A stretch of 64,000 nt of DNA. It comes from an uncultured Eubacteriales bacterium (GTDB lineage: Bacteria > Bacillota > Clostridia > UBA1381 > UMGS1253). The stretch covers positions 131,548-195,547 of the forward strand of contig CABUKE010000002.1 in the NCBI GenBank assembly GCA_902492065.1. The letters are read 5' to 3'. Position 1 is the stretch's first letter. Each line of letters begins with the position of its first letter. The position numbers were made by a program, and so were the translations under genes. This document shows, piece by piece, positions 12,874 through 23,416 of the stretch. Under the pieces are notes generated by a model. The model was not told the DNA's origin. It saw nothing but the letters and a program-made list of their open reading frames with translations, and made no database searches.

Positions 12874-13410
12874 ATGAAAGAGATCGGATTGGTACATGTA
12901 TACACGGGAGATGGAAAAGGTAAAACAACGGCTGCCTTTGGCCTTGCGCTACGCGCGTATGAAAACGGGCTGCGTGTATACATTATACAGTTCTTAAAAA
13001 CGTCCCCAAGCGGGGAGGCGGCATTCGTCGAGCGGCTGGATGACGAGCGGCTTCGCGTATTCCGGTTTGAAAAGCCGCACGGCTTTACCTACGACCCGAA
13101 TGCAGAGACGACAAAGGCTCTGCGCGTGGATGTGAAACGGGCGTTGGACTTTATCCAAACGGTTTATCAGGAGCGCTCCTGTGATTTGTTTGTGCTTGAC
13201 GAGATAATATGTGCCTGTCAGCTCGGACTGGTTACCCACGAGGAGCTTTGCGCTCTGGTTGACAAAAAGCCGGCTGCGTGCGAGCTTGTCCTGACCGGGC
13301 GCGGCGCGCCGGACTGGCTGATAAAGCGTGCGGACTATGTAACCAATATGACGCTTGTGAAGCATCCGTTTCAGACGGGTACGGATGCGCGGAAGGGCAT
13401 TGAATTTTAA
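12874..13410 (+). CDS. cobO: cob(I)yrinic acid a,c-diamide adenosyltransferase (CobA/CobO/BtuR type)
   Basis: 178 aa. Motifs YTGDGKGKTTAAFGLALRA and LDEI. Confidence 0.85.
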   Translation: MKEIGLVHVYTGDGKGKTTAAFGLALRAYENGLRVYIIQFLKTSPSGEAAFVERLDDERLRVFRFEKPHGFTYDPNAETTKALRVDVKRALDFIQTVYQERSCDLFVLDEIICACQLGLVTHEELCALVDKKPAACELVLTGRGAPDWLIKRADYVTNMTLVKHPFQTGTDARKGIEF

Positions 13411-13439
13411 TTTCAAAGAAAGGTAATGGAATAACGGCT

Positions 13440-14288
13440 ATGGGTTTGTTTGGAAGAGGATTAAACGCGCCCGGTAAGGGCGTTGAAAAGGACGAACGGC
13501 AAAAGCACCGCTTTTTTATCTTTTTTGACGTGGTGTTCCGGAAATTCATGAAATTTATGCAGCTCAATCTGATGTTTCTGGCGTTTTCACTTCCTTATTT
13601 GCTGCTGCTTTACTGGCTTTCGCCAATCAACGTAACGTCGCTTTCCGGCGTTTCTTTGTCTGGAATCGGTGAGTTTGTGCAAAGTCTGCCCTATGAGGAC
13701 GCGGCGGCGTTCGAGCTTGTGCTCCGCCTGCTTTTCTCGCTTAGCGTTGTAATTCTCTGGGGTGCTGGTCCGGCATCGGCGGGCTGTGCCTATGTCATGC
13801 GCAATTTCTCCCGTGAAGAGCATGCGTGGGTATTCAGCGACTTCTGGGACAATGTGAAAAGCAATTTTAAGCAGAGTATTGCCGTACTGCTGATTGATAT
13901 TGTGATACTATATCTGAGTCTGGTTGCCTTTAACTTTTATTCGCACCAGTATTCCTTGGCGCCGAACAGCATGTTTTTGGTTGCGCAGGGGTTGTTGGCG
14001 TTTCTGCTCATTTTGTATACCTTTATGCACTATTATATTTATCAAATTATGGTGACATATAAGGTAAAGCTTGGTGTGCTGTACAAAAATGCACTGCTGT
14101 TTGCTGTGGCAAAGTTTCCGCAGAATATCTTCTTCACCGTTCTTTCAGGCGGGCTTTTGCTTGGGATTTTTGTGTTGCTGAATGTCTTTGCGGCCCTGGC
14201 ATTCGTCATTGTGTTCACAGTACTGTGCAAGTTTATCATTGAATTTTATACGGCTGAAGTCATTCGAAAAAATACAATACAGAGATAA
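13440..14288 (+). CDS. DUF624 (YesL-like) membrane protein
   Basis: 282 aa, several hydrophobic segments, and an N-terminal F..FF..V.RKFM.....N..F pattern typical of the YesL family. Confidence 0.7.
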   Translation: MGLFGRGLNAPGKGVEKDERQKHRFFIFFDVVFRKFMKFMQLNLMFLAFSLPYLLLLYWLSPINVTSLSGVSLSGIGEFVQSLPYEDAAAFELVLRLLFSLSVVILWGAGPASAGCAYVMRNFSREEHAWVFSDFWDNVKSNFKQSIAVLLIDIVILYLSLVAFNFYSHQYSLAPNSMFLVAQGLLAFLLILYTFMHYYIYQIMVTYKVKLGVLYKNALLFAVAKFPQNIFFTVLSGGLLLGIFVLLNVFAALAFVIVFTVLCKFIIEFYTAEVIRKNTIQR

Positions 14289-15718
14289 TGGAGAAAAGTA
14301 TGAGTCGAAGCAGACAGGATATTCTGATTCCACAGGAGCAAATCCAAAAGCAAAAGGAATATATTCAAAAAATCAAAGCACATTATATACAGCAAAACAT
14401 GCAGCCGCTCGCGTTTCTCGTGACGTATGGCTGCCAGCAGAATGAAAACGACACAGAACGCCTCCGCGGTATGCTTGCCGAGGCGGGCTTTGGATTCTGT
14501 GATAAAGCAGAGGATGCCGACCTGATTCTCTATAACACCTGCGCCATTCGCGACCATGCGGAGCAAAAAGTGTATGGTAACCTCGGCGCGCTGAAAAAGC
14601 TTAAACGCCGCAAGCCGGAGCTGATTATCGGCGTATGCGGCTGCATGATGCAGCAAAAGCAGGTGGCTGAGCGTATCCGCAAAACGTATGACCACGTTGA
14701 TTTGATTTTCGGTACACATACGCTCTACCAGCTTCCCGAGCTGCTGTGGCAGGCGCTTGAAACGCACGGCCGCTGTATCCGTCTTTTGGATACGGACGGA
14801 TTTATTGCCGAGGACATGCCAATTCGCCGCGCAGAGGGTGTGACGGCTTATGTATCCATCATGTATGGGTGCAATAACTTCTGTTCCTACTGCATTGTTC
14901 CGTACGTACGTGGGCGGGAGCGCAGCCGTGGCCCGGAAGCGATTCTGAGAGAAGTGCGCCAGCTTGTACAGGAAGGCTATAAAGAGGTTATGCTTTTGGG
15001 ACAGAATGTCAATTCGTATGGCAAAGACCTTGCAGAACCGCTCGACTTTGCAGATTTGCTGGGACGCGTATGCGGCGTGGACGGGATTGAGCGGATTCGG
15101 TTCATGACGTCGCACCCGAAGGATTTTAACGAAAAGCTGATGAAAACGATGGCCTCACAGCCAAAGATATGCAACCAGCTCCACCTGCCGGTGCAGGCGG
15201 GCTCCAATGCGGTTTTGGAGGCGATGAACCGCCGTTATACAAGGGAGACTTATCTTGAAAAAGTGGCAAAAATCCGCTCCATGATACCAGATATTACGCT
15301 TACAACGGATATTATCGTCGGCTTTCCGACGGAAACGGAGGAAGATTTTGCCCAGACTCTCTCGCTTTTGCAGGAGGTGCGGTTCGACTCGATTTATTCT
15401 TTCATCTTTTCCAAACGCAGCGGAACGCCGGCGGCAAAACTCGATATGGCGCTGTCGGATGAGGTGATTCACAAAAACTTTGACCGGCTGCTTGAGGTAC
15501 AAAATGACATCTCGCGCCAAATCAACGATTCTTATATTGGCCGCATTGAGGAAGTTCTGGTCGAGGGGCAGAGCAAAACGGATGCAAACATGGTTTCTGG
15601 CCGGACGGAGGGCGGAAAGATCGTCCATATGCAGGGTGGAAGCGAGCGGATTGGAACGCTTGTAAAGGTAAAAATCACCGCGGCAAAGACATGGTTTTTG
15701 ACCGGTGAAATCATATAA
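14288..15718 (+). CDS. miaB: tRNA-2-methylthio-N6-dimethylallyladenosine synthase
   Basis: Radical-SAM CNNFCSYCIVPYVRG, N-terminal UPF0004 Cys motif and C-terminal TRAM domain. ATG 14300 behind GGAG is the likelier start. Confidence 0.93.
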   Translation: MEKSMSRSRQDILIPQEQIQKQKEYIQKIKAHYIQQNMQPLAFLVTYGCQQNENDTERLRGMLAEAGFGFCDKAEDADLILYNTCAIRDHAEQKVYGNLGALKKLKRRKPELIIGVCGCMMQQKQVAERIRKTYDHVDLIFGTHTLYQLPELLWQALETHGRCIRLLDTDGFIAEDMPIRRAEGVTAYVSIMYGCNNFCSYCIVPYVRGRERSRGPEAILREVRQLVQEGYKEVMLLGQNVNSYGKDLAEPLDFADLLGRVCGVDGIERIRFMTSHPKDFNEKLMKTMASQPKICNQLHLPVQAGSNAVLEAMNRRYTRETYLEKVAKIRSMIPDITLTTDIIVGFPTETEEDFAQTLSLLQEVRFDSIYSFIFSKRSGTPAAKLDMALSDEVIHKNFDRLLEVQNDISRQINDSYIGRIEEVLVEGQSKTDANMVSGRTEGGKIVHMQGGSERIGTLVKVKITAAKTWFLTGEII

Positions 15719-15732
15719 AGTATATATACAAT

Positions 15733-16134
15733 ATGGAGGAATATAAAATGGATATTTTGGAAATGGCAAAAGAGCTGGGCAAGGCGATTGCCGACAGCGA
15801 GCTGATGGAGTCCGTTAAAAAGGCGGAAGATGTTCAAAACAACGACGAGAAAGCGCAGCAGCTCATTGGTGAATATAATTTGAAACGGATTCAGCTTATG
15901 CAGCGCGCACAGAAGGAAAATGTGACGCAGGAGGAGCTGGAGTCGATTCGGACGGAATTATCCGACGAGTTTGACAAGCTGATGCAGTATGACGTCATTA
16001 ACCGCTACATTACGGCCAAGAAAGAGCTTGACGCTGTACTGGAACAGGTAAATAATATTATCACCTTTTATGTGACCGGACAGACGCCGGGCGGGTGCTC
16101 CGGCTCGTGTTCGAGTTGCTCCGGCTGCCACTAA
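15733..16134 (+). CDS. ymcA: YmcA/RicA (YlbF-family) regulator with Cys-rich C-terminus
   Basis: Helical YlbF/YmcA-like sequence. The position between miaB and mutS matches B. subtilis ymcB-ymcA-(cotE)-mutS-mutL. Likelier start is ATG 15748 behind GGAGG. Tail is GGCSGSCSSCSGCH. Confidence 0.7.
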   Translation: MEEYKMDILEMAKELGKAIADSELMESVKKAEDVQNNDEKAQQLIGEYNLKRIQLMQRAQKENVTQEELESIRTELSDEFDKLMQYDVINRYITAKKELDAVLEQVNNIITFYVTGQTPGGCSGSCSSCSGCH

Positions 16135-16174
16135 GCCGGCTGAGAATAGATAGTAGGGCAAAGGAGGTATTGAC

Positions 16175-18802
16175 TTGGCCGATATTACGCCAATGGTGGA
16201 GCAGTACCAGAAGATTAAAAGCCAGTACGCAGACTGTATTTTGTTTTTTCGGCTTGGCGACTTTTATGAAATGTTCAACGACGATGCGGTTCTCGCTTCG
16301 CGGGAGCTTGAGCTTGTACTGACTGGACGCGGCGGCAAAAAGGGAGAGGACGGCGTGCGTGAAGGCGGCATGCCGATGTGCGGCGTTCCGTTTCACAGCG
16401 CCGACTCCTACATAGCTAAACTGGTCGCAAAGGGCTATAAGGTTGCCATCTGTGAACAGATGGAGGATCCCGCACTGACAAAAGGACTCGTAAAGCGCGA
16501 CGTAATCAAAATTGTCACACCCGGGACAGTAACGGATACCCGTTCGCTCGACGAGAAGAAAAATAATTTTCTCGCGCTGATTTACTGCGGAAGCGGCGCA
16601 CAGACGTCTCTTGTGTTTGCTGATATTTCCACAGGTGAGCTGTTTACGACAAAGCTGCGCGGAATCGACGAGGCCGCGGTACTCGACGAGCTTGCCAGCT
16701 TTAACCCTTCAGAGATTCTGTTCTGCCGCAAGGCAAAGGAAAGCTATGAGCGCGCGGTTAAGGGGCGGTTTGACCTCTATATCGGAAACATTGACGAAGA
16801 ATTTTTCCAGTATGACATGGCAAAAAGCGCAATTCAGGACGAGATGGAAACGGACGACTTTTCGCTCGTCGGCTTGCCGGATGATAAAGACCTCATCTGT
16901 GCAGTCGGCGCCACAATCCTGTATCTGAGCGACACGCAAAAATCCTCCCTGTTCCGTGTGCTGGACATCCGCTATTATGAAACGGAGCAGTATATGGGGA
17001 TTGACTACAATACGCGCCGAAATTTGGAGCTGACGCAGTCCATGCGCGAAAAAGCCAAAAAAGGGACGCTTTTGTGGGTGCTAGACCGGACGAAAACCTC
17101 CATGGGCGGGCGACTGTTGACGCAGTGGATTGAAAAACCGCTTCTTAGCCCCGCCGCTATCGAGAAGCGGCAGCAGGGCGTGGCGGAGCTGAAGGACAAT
17201 ATGATGCTGCGCGAGGAACTGCAGGAGGATCTGGACGGGATTTACGACATTTCGCGCCTGATTGGGCGGATTTCGCTCGGGAGTGCAACCCCGCGCGATA
17301 TGATTTCCCTGCGGGAGTCGCTGCGCGCGCTTCCGGCAATCGAGCTGAAGCTATCAAAGTGTACAAGCCCTATTTTACAGGAACAGCTCGATAATCTCGA
17401 CCTTTTGTCTGACGTAAAAGATTTACTGTATGCCGCTATTGACGACAAAGCGCCGATAAGCACGGCAAACGGCGGCGTCATTAAGGATGGCTATAACGCG
17501 AGTGTGGACGAATACCGCACCGCACAGCGCGAGGGGAAGACCTGGCTGGCGGACGTGCAGCAATACGAACGGGAAAGGACAGGGATTAAAAACCTGAAGG
17601 TCGGCTATAACAAAGTGTTCGGCTATTATATCGAGGTCAGCAAGGGGCAGACGGGCTCTGTGCCGGACTATTATGTGCGCAAGCAGACTCTCGTCAACGG
17701 CGAGCGATACATAACGCCTAAGCTCAAAGAAATTGAAAATGTTATCATTGGTGCGGAGGAACGGCTCGTCCGTCTGGAAGCGCATCTGTTTGATGAACTG
17801 CGGCAGAAAATCTGCGCGCAGATTGAGCGGCTCAAAAAGACAGCGGGCGTAATTGCTGTTACGGACGTACTGTGCGCACTGGCGGAAACGGCACAGCAGA
17901 ACCACTACTGTATGCCGACAGTCGACGCGTCCGGCGTAATCGAAATCAAGGACGGGCGGCACCCCGTTGTGGAGAAAATGCTGAAAAATGAACTGTTTGT
18001 CCCAAACGATACGTTTTTGGATTTGGAAGGTGACCGTCTCTGTATCATCACCGGCCCGAATATGGCCGGTAAATCGACCTATATGCGTCAGGTAGCGCTC
18101 ATTACGCTCATGGCGCAGATTGGGAGTTTTGTCCCCGCGGCGTCTGCACAGATTGGCGTGGTGGATAAGATCTTTACCCGCGTCGGCGCGTCGGACGATT
18201 TGTCGACCGGGCAGAGCACGTTCATGGTCGAGATGAACGAAGTGACAAATATTTTGAAAAATGCGACGCAGAACTCACTGATTGTACTCGATGAGATTGG
18301 CCGCGGAACAAGTACCTACGATGGACTCTCGATTGCGTGGGCAGTAGCGGAGTATATCTGCGATAAGGCAAAAATCGGCGCAAAGACGCTGTTTTCGACG
18401 CACTATCACGAGCTAACGGAGTTAGAGAGCCGTCTGGACGGTGTGAAAAACTATTGCAGTGTTGTAAAAAAACGCGGTGACGACATTACCTTCCTGCGTA
18501 AAATCGTAAAAGACGGTGCAGACGGCAGCTATGGAATTGAGGTGGCCGCACTGGCGGGCATTCCCGCCGAGGTGACGCACCGGGCAAAAGAAATTTTCCG
18601 GATTTTGGAGCAAAACGACGTCAACAAAGGCTCGTATCAACTTGAGGTACTCGACACGGTGGCCTATGCGCCAGCGAGCCTTAGCGAGGAGACTGACAAC
18701 GAGATTACGCGAGAGCTGAAAAACATGGATGTGACGACTTTTACGCCAATTGAGGCACTTAATAAGTTATATGAGCTTGCAAGCCGGGCAAAAGAACTGT
18801 AA
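16175..18802 (+). CDS. mutS: DNA mismatch repair protein MutS
   Basis: 875 aa with TTG start. Motifs TPMVEQY, GPNMAGKST, DEIGRGTST. Confidence 0.97.
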   Translation: MADITPMVEQYQKIKSQYADCILFFRLGDFYEMFNDDAVLASRELELVLTGRGGKKGEDGVREGGMPMCGVPFHSADSYIAKLVAKGYKVAICEQMEDPALTKGLVKRDVIKIVTPGTVTDTRSLDEKKNNFLALIYCGSGAQTSLVFADISTGELFTTKLRGIDEAAVLDELASFNPSEILFCRKAKESYERAVKGRFDLYIGNIDEEFFQYDMAKSAIQDEMETDDFSLVGLPDDKDLICAVGATILYLSDTQKSSLFRVLDIRYYETEQYMGIDYNTRRNLELTQSMREKAKKGTLLWVLDRTKTSMGGRLLTQWIEKPLLSPAAIEKRQQGVAELKDNMMLREELQEDLDGIYDISRLIGRISLGSATPRDMISLRESLRALPAIELKLSKCTSPILQEQLDNLDLLSDVKDLLYAAIDDKAPISTANGGVIKDGYNASVDEYRTAQREGKTWLADVQQYERERTGIKNLKVGYNKVFGYYIEVSKGQTGSVPDYYVRKQTLVNGERYITPKLKEIENVIIGAEERLVRLEAHLFDELRQKICAQIERLKKTAGVIAVTDVLCALAETAQQNHYCMPTVDASGVIEIKDGRHPVVEKMLKNELFVPNDTFLDLEGDRLCIITGPNMAGKSTYMRQVALITLMAQIGSFVPAASAQIGVVDKIFTRVGASDDLSTGQSTFMVEMNEVTNILKNATQNSLIVLDEIGRGTSTYDGLSIAWAVAEYICDKAKIGAKTLFSTHYHELTELESRLDGVKNYCSVVKKRGDDITFLRKIVKDGADGSYGIEVAALAGIPAEVTHRAKEIFRILEQNDVNKGSYQLEVLDTVAYAPASLSEETDNEITRELKNMDVTTFTPIEALNKLYELASRAKEL

Positions 18803-18832
18803 AGGAATATTGCTTTACATGCTGGAAAGGCG

Positions 18833-20782
18833 GTGCCTATGGGAAAAATTAATATATTAGACGCGTCTGTTGCCAACATGATTGCCGCCGGAGAGGTGGT
18901 GGAGCGTCCTGCCTCCGTTATCAAGGAGCTAATAGAAAACGCGCTCGACGCAGGCGCAAGCGAAATCACGGTAGAGATCAAAAATGGCGGCATTTCCTAT
19001 ATGCGCGTTACAGACAATGGGCGCGGCATTGATGCAGGCGACGTGGGTCTCGCCTTTATGCGACACGCGACGAGCAAAATTCTTGAGGCAAAGGATCTTG
19101 AAAAGATTGGGACGCTCGGCTTCCGCGGCGAGGCGCTCTGTTCCATTGCCGCCGTGGCGCGGGTTTCCATGACGACGAAGACGGTGGAGGCGAAGAATGC
19201 TGTTCGCGTCTATATTGAGGGCGGCGAGATGGAGGACGTTGGCGAGGCTGGCGCGCCGAACGGTACGACGGTGGAGGTCAAAAGTTTGTTCTATAACACA
19301 CCCGCTCGCATGAAATTTTTAAAAAAGGATACGACAGAGGCGGGCTATATCACCGATATTGTAGAAAAGTTTGTTCTGTCGCACCCGGATGTGTCGTTTT
19401 GGTTTATCAATAACGGGAAACAGGTTCTTTTTTCCGCCGGGGACGGCAGTATGACGAATGCGATTTATACCGTGTACGGAAAGGATTATGCCCGTTCCGT
19501 TCTGCCGATTGACTACGGCGATTCTGTGATGCGTGCGACGGGATATATCGGAAAGAGCAACCTGAGCCGTCCAAACCGGCGGCAGCAGAGCTTTTTCGTT
19601 AACGGCCGCTCCATCCAGAGCAAAACGATGACGGCCGCTCTGGAAGAGGCGTATAAAAATCAAATCATGATTGGTAAATTCCCTTTTGCAGTCATTGATT
19701 TGCTGGTGAATCCGGCATTTGTGGACGTAAATGTGCATCCGCACAAAACTGAGGTTAAGTTTTCCGACGAACGTAAGGTGTTCGATACAGTTTACTGGGC
19801 GGTAAAAAATGCGCTCTACGAAAAGCCGATTGTGCCGCAGGTTGAGCTGTCGAAAACGACGACCAAAAAAGATGCGTATAAAAGCGAAACATTTGCCGCT
19901 GCGCAGCGGCCTTACATACAGGTTCCCATACCGAGCCGGACAGAAACAGTTGCTCCCGCTCCGCGGGTGCAGGAATATAAGTATGAGCAGCCTGCCGCTG
20001 TGCCCGCACGAGAGCCTGCGCAGGAGCAGATTGTCATAGAGCGAAGTAATACAGTTATGCAGGAGAAAACGGAAACGCCATATCGGGCGGAGCACGTATC
20101 TGTGGCGAAGGATGTGAAGCAGGCCGAGGCGGCCATGCCTGTGCAGCAAAAGCAGGAAGTTGCGCCTGCGTATGCGGCAGAACCCGAATCGTCGGAGCCG
20201 GAATCAAAGGATTATACAATAGTCGGGCAGTTGTTCGATACGTATATTGTGCTTGAGCGCGGCGACGAGGTCTTGCTCATTGACCAGCATGCGGCGCACG
20301 AGCGCCTTGGTTATGAGCAGCTCCGCCGCGATTTGGCACAGCATACGCCGCGGATACAGTCTTTGCTGTCCCCAGTAGTGGTCGATTTATCTGCGCCGGA
20401 GTTTTCTTATGTAACGGAAAATCTGGAGCGTTTTTCGGCGCTGGGGTTTGACGTGTCGGAATTTGGGAAAAATACAATATTAATCAGCGGCGCACCAATG
20501 GGGATTGCGTATGAAGACATTGGGGATTTATTTGTTGAGCTGACCGGACAGATGATGGCACAAAACAAACAGATTATCAGCGAAACGTACGAATATGCGC
20601 TTTACACCATAGCCTGCAAGGCGGCAATCAAGGCAAACCACCGCCTGAGTGAGATAGAAATTCACGCACTGGTCGACGAGGTGTTTGCGCTCGACGGAAT
20701 CAATACCTGCCCGCACGGGCGGCCGATTACAATTTCCCTGACGAAGCGCGAACTGGAAAAGCAGTTTAAGCGTATTGTATAG
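18833..20782 (+). CDS. mutL: DNA mismatch repair protein MutL
   Basis: 649 aa (GTG 18833 or ATG 18839). GHKL ATPase motif ELIENALDAGA and the C-terminal endonuclease region. Confidence 0.95.
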   Translation: MPMGKINILDASVANMIAAGEVVERPASVIKELIENALDAGASEITVEIKNGGISYMRVTDNGRGIDAGDVGLAFMRHATSKILEAKDLEKIGTLGFRGEALCSIAAVARVSMTTKTVEAKNAVRVYIEGGEMEDVGEAGAPNGTTVEVKSLFYNTPARMKFLKKDTTEAGYITDIVEKFVLSHPDVSFWFINNGKQVLFSAGDGSMTNAIYTVYGKDYARSVLPIDYGDSVMRATGYIGKSNLSRPNRRQQSFFVNGRSIQSKTMTAALEEAYKNQIMIGKFPFAVIDLLVNPAFVDVNVHPHKTEVKFSDERKVFDTVYWAVKNALYEKPIVPQVELSKTTTKKDAYKSETFAAAQRPYIQVPIPSRTETVAPAPRVQEYKYEQPAAVPAREPAQEQIVIERSNTVMQEKTETPYRAEHVSVAKDVKQAEAAMPVQQKQEVAPAYAAEPESSEPESKDYTIVGQLFDTYIVLERGDEVLLIDQHAAHERLGYEQLRRDLAQHTPRIQSLLSPVVVDLSAPEFSYVTENLERFSALGFDVSEFGKNTILISGAPMGIAYEDIGDLFVELTGQMMAQNKQIISETYEYALYTIACKAAIKANHRLSEIEIHALVDEVFALDGINTCPHGRPITISLTKRELEKQFKRIV

Positions 20783-20794
20783 AAAGGAATCACG

Positions 20795-21727
20795 ATGGAA
20801 AAAATACCGCTCATTGTGGTGGCTGGGCCGACTGCCTCCGGCAAAACACGTCTTGCAGTCGAAATTGCAAAGCGTTATGGCGGGGAAGTCGTCTCTGCCG
20901 ACAGTATGCAGATTTATAAATACATGAACATTGGTACGGCAAAGCCGACAGAGCAGGAGATGGACGGCGTTGCCCATCATATGCTCGATATCGTATATCC
21001 GGACGAGCCGTTTTCCGTCGCCCAGTACGCAGAATCGGCGCGCAAAAAGATTGCCGATGTCCATGCGCGGGGGCGGATTCCTGTTTTGGCAGGCGGTACG
21101 GGGCTGTATATTGACCATGTAGTACAAGGCGTCCGGCTTGCCGAGATGGAGACGGATTTTTCCCTGCGGGAACGGCTGAACAATGAGGCGAGGGAAAAGG
21201 GAAACCAGTTTCTTTACGACAGGCTGCTCCAACTTGACCCAGAAGCGGCGGCGAGCATCCATCCGAACAATATCCGCCGTGTGATTCGTGCGCTTGAAGT
21301 CTATGAAGCGACGGGGCAAACCTTTACCGAACAGGTGAAGCACTCGAAGGAAAAAGAAAGTCCCTATAATGCTTTGATGTTCATGCCGGATTGGGACCGC
21401 GCGATGCTTTATGAGAGGATCGACCTGCGGGTTGACAGTATGATGAAGGAGGGCCTGTTTGAAGAATTTTGCACGCTTGTACAAATGGGCTATGGGAAAA
21501 AACTCAACTCCATGCAGGCGATTGGATATAAGGAGCTGTACGACTATTACTACGGCCTGTGTGCAATGGGGGAGGCTGTCAATCTCATCAAACGGCATTC
21601 CCGTCGGTATGCAAAGCGCCAGCTTACGTGGTTTCGGCGGTATCCGGAGCTGGTTCACCTTGATGCGGCAGGGGATATAACGGCGCAATGCTTTCATAAA
21701 ATTGATACATGGTTGAAAAATGTATAA
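20795..21727 (+). CDS. miaA: tRNA dimethylallyltransferase
   Basis: 310 aa. Motifs GPTASGKT and SADSMQIYK. Confidence 0.95.
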   Translation: MEKIPLIVVAGPTASGKTRLAVEIAKRYGGEVVSADSMQIYKYMNIGTAKPTEQEMDGVAHHMLDIVYPDEPFSVAQYAESARKKIADVHARGRIPVLAGGTGLYIDHVVQGVRLAEMETDFSLRERLNNEAREKGNQFLYDRLLQLDPEAAASIHPNNIRRVIRALEVYEATGQTFTEQVKHSKEKESPYNALMFMPDWDRAMLYERIDLRVDSMMKEGLFEEFCTLVQMGYGKKLNSMQAIGYKELYDYYYGLCAMGEAVNLIKRHSRRYAKRQLTWFRRYPELVHLDAAGDITAQCFHKIDTWLKNV

Positions 21728-21730
21728 AAT

Positions 21731-21757
21731 GGGCGGGCTTTTGACGCCCGTTTTTTG
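21731..21757 (+). terminator. rho-independent terminator after miaA
   Basis: Stem GGGCG...CGCCC followed by GTTTTTTG. Confidence 0.7.
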
Positions 21758-21829
21758 TACTTTCTTTTCTAAATGATTTTTGTTATTTTGAAAACTTTAT
21801 TCATGCTTTCGACTAAGATTGGAAACTGC

Positions 21830-21858
21830 TTGACTTTGAAATGGCTAACTGCTACAAT
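21830..21858 (+). promoter_or_regulatory. sigma-A type promoter for leuA
   Basis: TTGACT, 17-nt spacer, TACAAT. Confidence 0.6.
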
Positions 21859-21910
21859 AGCTGTAATACATTTTATGTATTTATTTTTTTAAGAAGGAGG
21901 ACGTGTTATC

Positions 21911-23416
21911 ATGTCAGGAAAAATTCGGTTTTTTGATACTACTTTACGTGACGGCGAGCAAACCCCCGGGGTCAACATGAATCTCGAGGAAAAAATGGGG
22001 ATAGCACGTCAGCTAGAACGCATGGGCATAGATGTGATTGAGGCCGGCTTTGCAGCAGCTTCACCCGGCGACTTTCACACAATCAGCGAGATTTCCAAAA
22101 CGGTAAAAGATTCCTTTGTTTGCAGCCTTGCGCGTGCGGTAAAGGGCGACATTGATGCCGCATGGGATGCGGTGAGGGGTGCGAAACGGCCATATATCCA
22201 TACCTTCATTGCAACGAGCGACATCCATATGCAGTACAAACTCAAGATGAGTGAGGAGCAGGTGTTTGAGCGCGCGGTTGAGTCGGTACGCTATGCAAAG
22301 AAATTCTGTGAAGAAGTCGAATTTTCGGCTGAGGATGCGTCGCGCAGCAGGCTTGAATTTCTGTACCGTTTGTTTGAAGCAGTGATTAAAGAGGGGGCGA
22401 CGTGCATCAACGTCCCCGATACGGTCGGCTATACTATGCCGCATGAATTTTTTGCAATGATTCAGAAAATCCGTGAGAATGTAAACGGCATTGATAAAGT
22501 GTTTTTAAGTGTGCATTGCCATAACGACTTGGGACTGGCGGCAGCCAACACGCTCGCGGCTATCCGTGCGGGCGCAACACAGGCGGAGTGTACCATCAAC
22601 GGGCTTGGCGAGCGCGCCGGCAACACCTCCTTTGAGGAAGTTGTCATGTCGCTCAAGACGCGGCCTGAGCTTTACGGCGGCGCAACCCTTGATGTTGACA
22701 CAACGCAGATTGGGCGTACCAGCAAGCTGGTTTCCAGCATTTCCGGCGTTCCAATCAATCCGCTTAAACCGATTATCGGCGCCAATGCGTTTGCACATGA
22801 GTCGGGCATTCACCAAGACGGCGTACTCAAGAACCCGCTCACTTACGAAATTATGACGCCGGAGTCAATTGGCCTTTCCAAAACAAAGCTTGCGCTTGGG
22901 AAGCTCTCGGGCCGCGCAGCCTTTAAAGAACATATCAAAGAGATGGGGTTTGAGCTTGACCAGGAAGCGCTTGATAAGGCGTTTGCAAAGTTTAAAGACC
23001 TTGCGGACAAGAAAAAGACTGTAACAGACGAAGATATTGAGGCGATTGTAAACGAGCGCATGGCGCAGATTCCCGAAGTATATACGATGGAATCGTTCCA
23101 GATCAACAGTGGCAACAACATGATTGCAACGGCCACGGTCACGATGCAGAAGGAAGATAAAACCTTTACTGATGCGGCCACCGGCGACGGCCCGGTAGAT
23201 GCCATGTTCCAGACGATTGACCGCATGACGGGAATCAGCGCAACGCTCGACAGCTATAACCTGCGCGCTGTTACGGATGGCACGGACGCGCTCAGCGAAG
23301 CGAGCGTCATGATTAGCGTTGGAGAGAAAAAATACCGTGGAAAGGCGGTCAGCATCGACGTTATTGAGGCGAGCGCAAAGGCATATCTGAATGCAATCAA
23401 TCGAAGCATGTTATAA
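21911..23416 (+). CDS. leuA: 2-isopropylmalate synthase
   Basis: 501 aa. Motifs FDTTLRDGEQTPG and HCHNDLGLA, plus a C-terminal LeuA regulatory domain. Confidence 0.9.
   Translation: MSGKIRFFDTTLRDGEQTPGVNMNLEEKMGIARQLERMGIDVIEAGFAAASPGDFHTISEISKTVKDSFVCSLARAVKGDIDAAWDAVRGAKRPYIHTFIATSDIHMQYKLKMSEEQVFERAVESVRYAKKFCEEVEFSAEDASRSRLEFLYRLFEAVIKEGATCINVPDTVGYTMPHEFFAMIQKIRENVNGIDKVFLSVHCHNDLGLAAANTLAAIRAGATQAECTINGLGERAGNTSFEEVVMSLKTRPELYGGATLDVDTTQIGRTSKLVSSISGVPINPLKPIIGANAFAHESGIHQDGVLKNPLTYEIMTPESIGLSKTKLALGKLSGRAAFKEHIKEMGFELDQEALDKAFAKFKDLADKKKTVTDEDIEAIVNERMAQIPEVYTMESFQINSGNNMIATATVTMQKEDKTFTDAATGDGPVDAMFQTIDRMTGISATLDSYNLRAVTDGTDALSEASVMISVGEKKYRGKAVSIDVIEASAKAYLNAINRSML

Noticed and set aside
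21875-21892. Mini-ORF ATG TAT TTA TTT TTT TAA (MYLFF) in the leuA leader, considered as a possible leucine attenuation peptide.
   Set aside because: It has only one Leu codon and no Shine-Dalgarno, and it overlaps the AU hairpin and U run. It does not look like a leader-peptide attenuator.
21728-21910. Expected hfq directly downstream of miaA, as in B. subtilis and many Clostridia.
   Set aside because: No Hfq-like ORF is present. miaA is followed by a terminator and then the leuA promoter. This is absence of a feature, not a finding.
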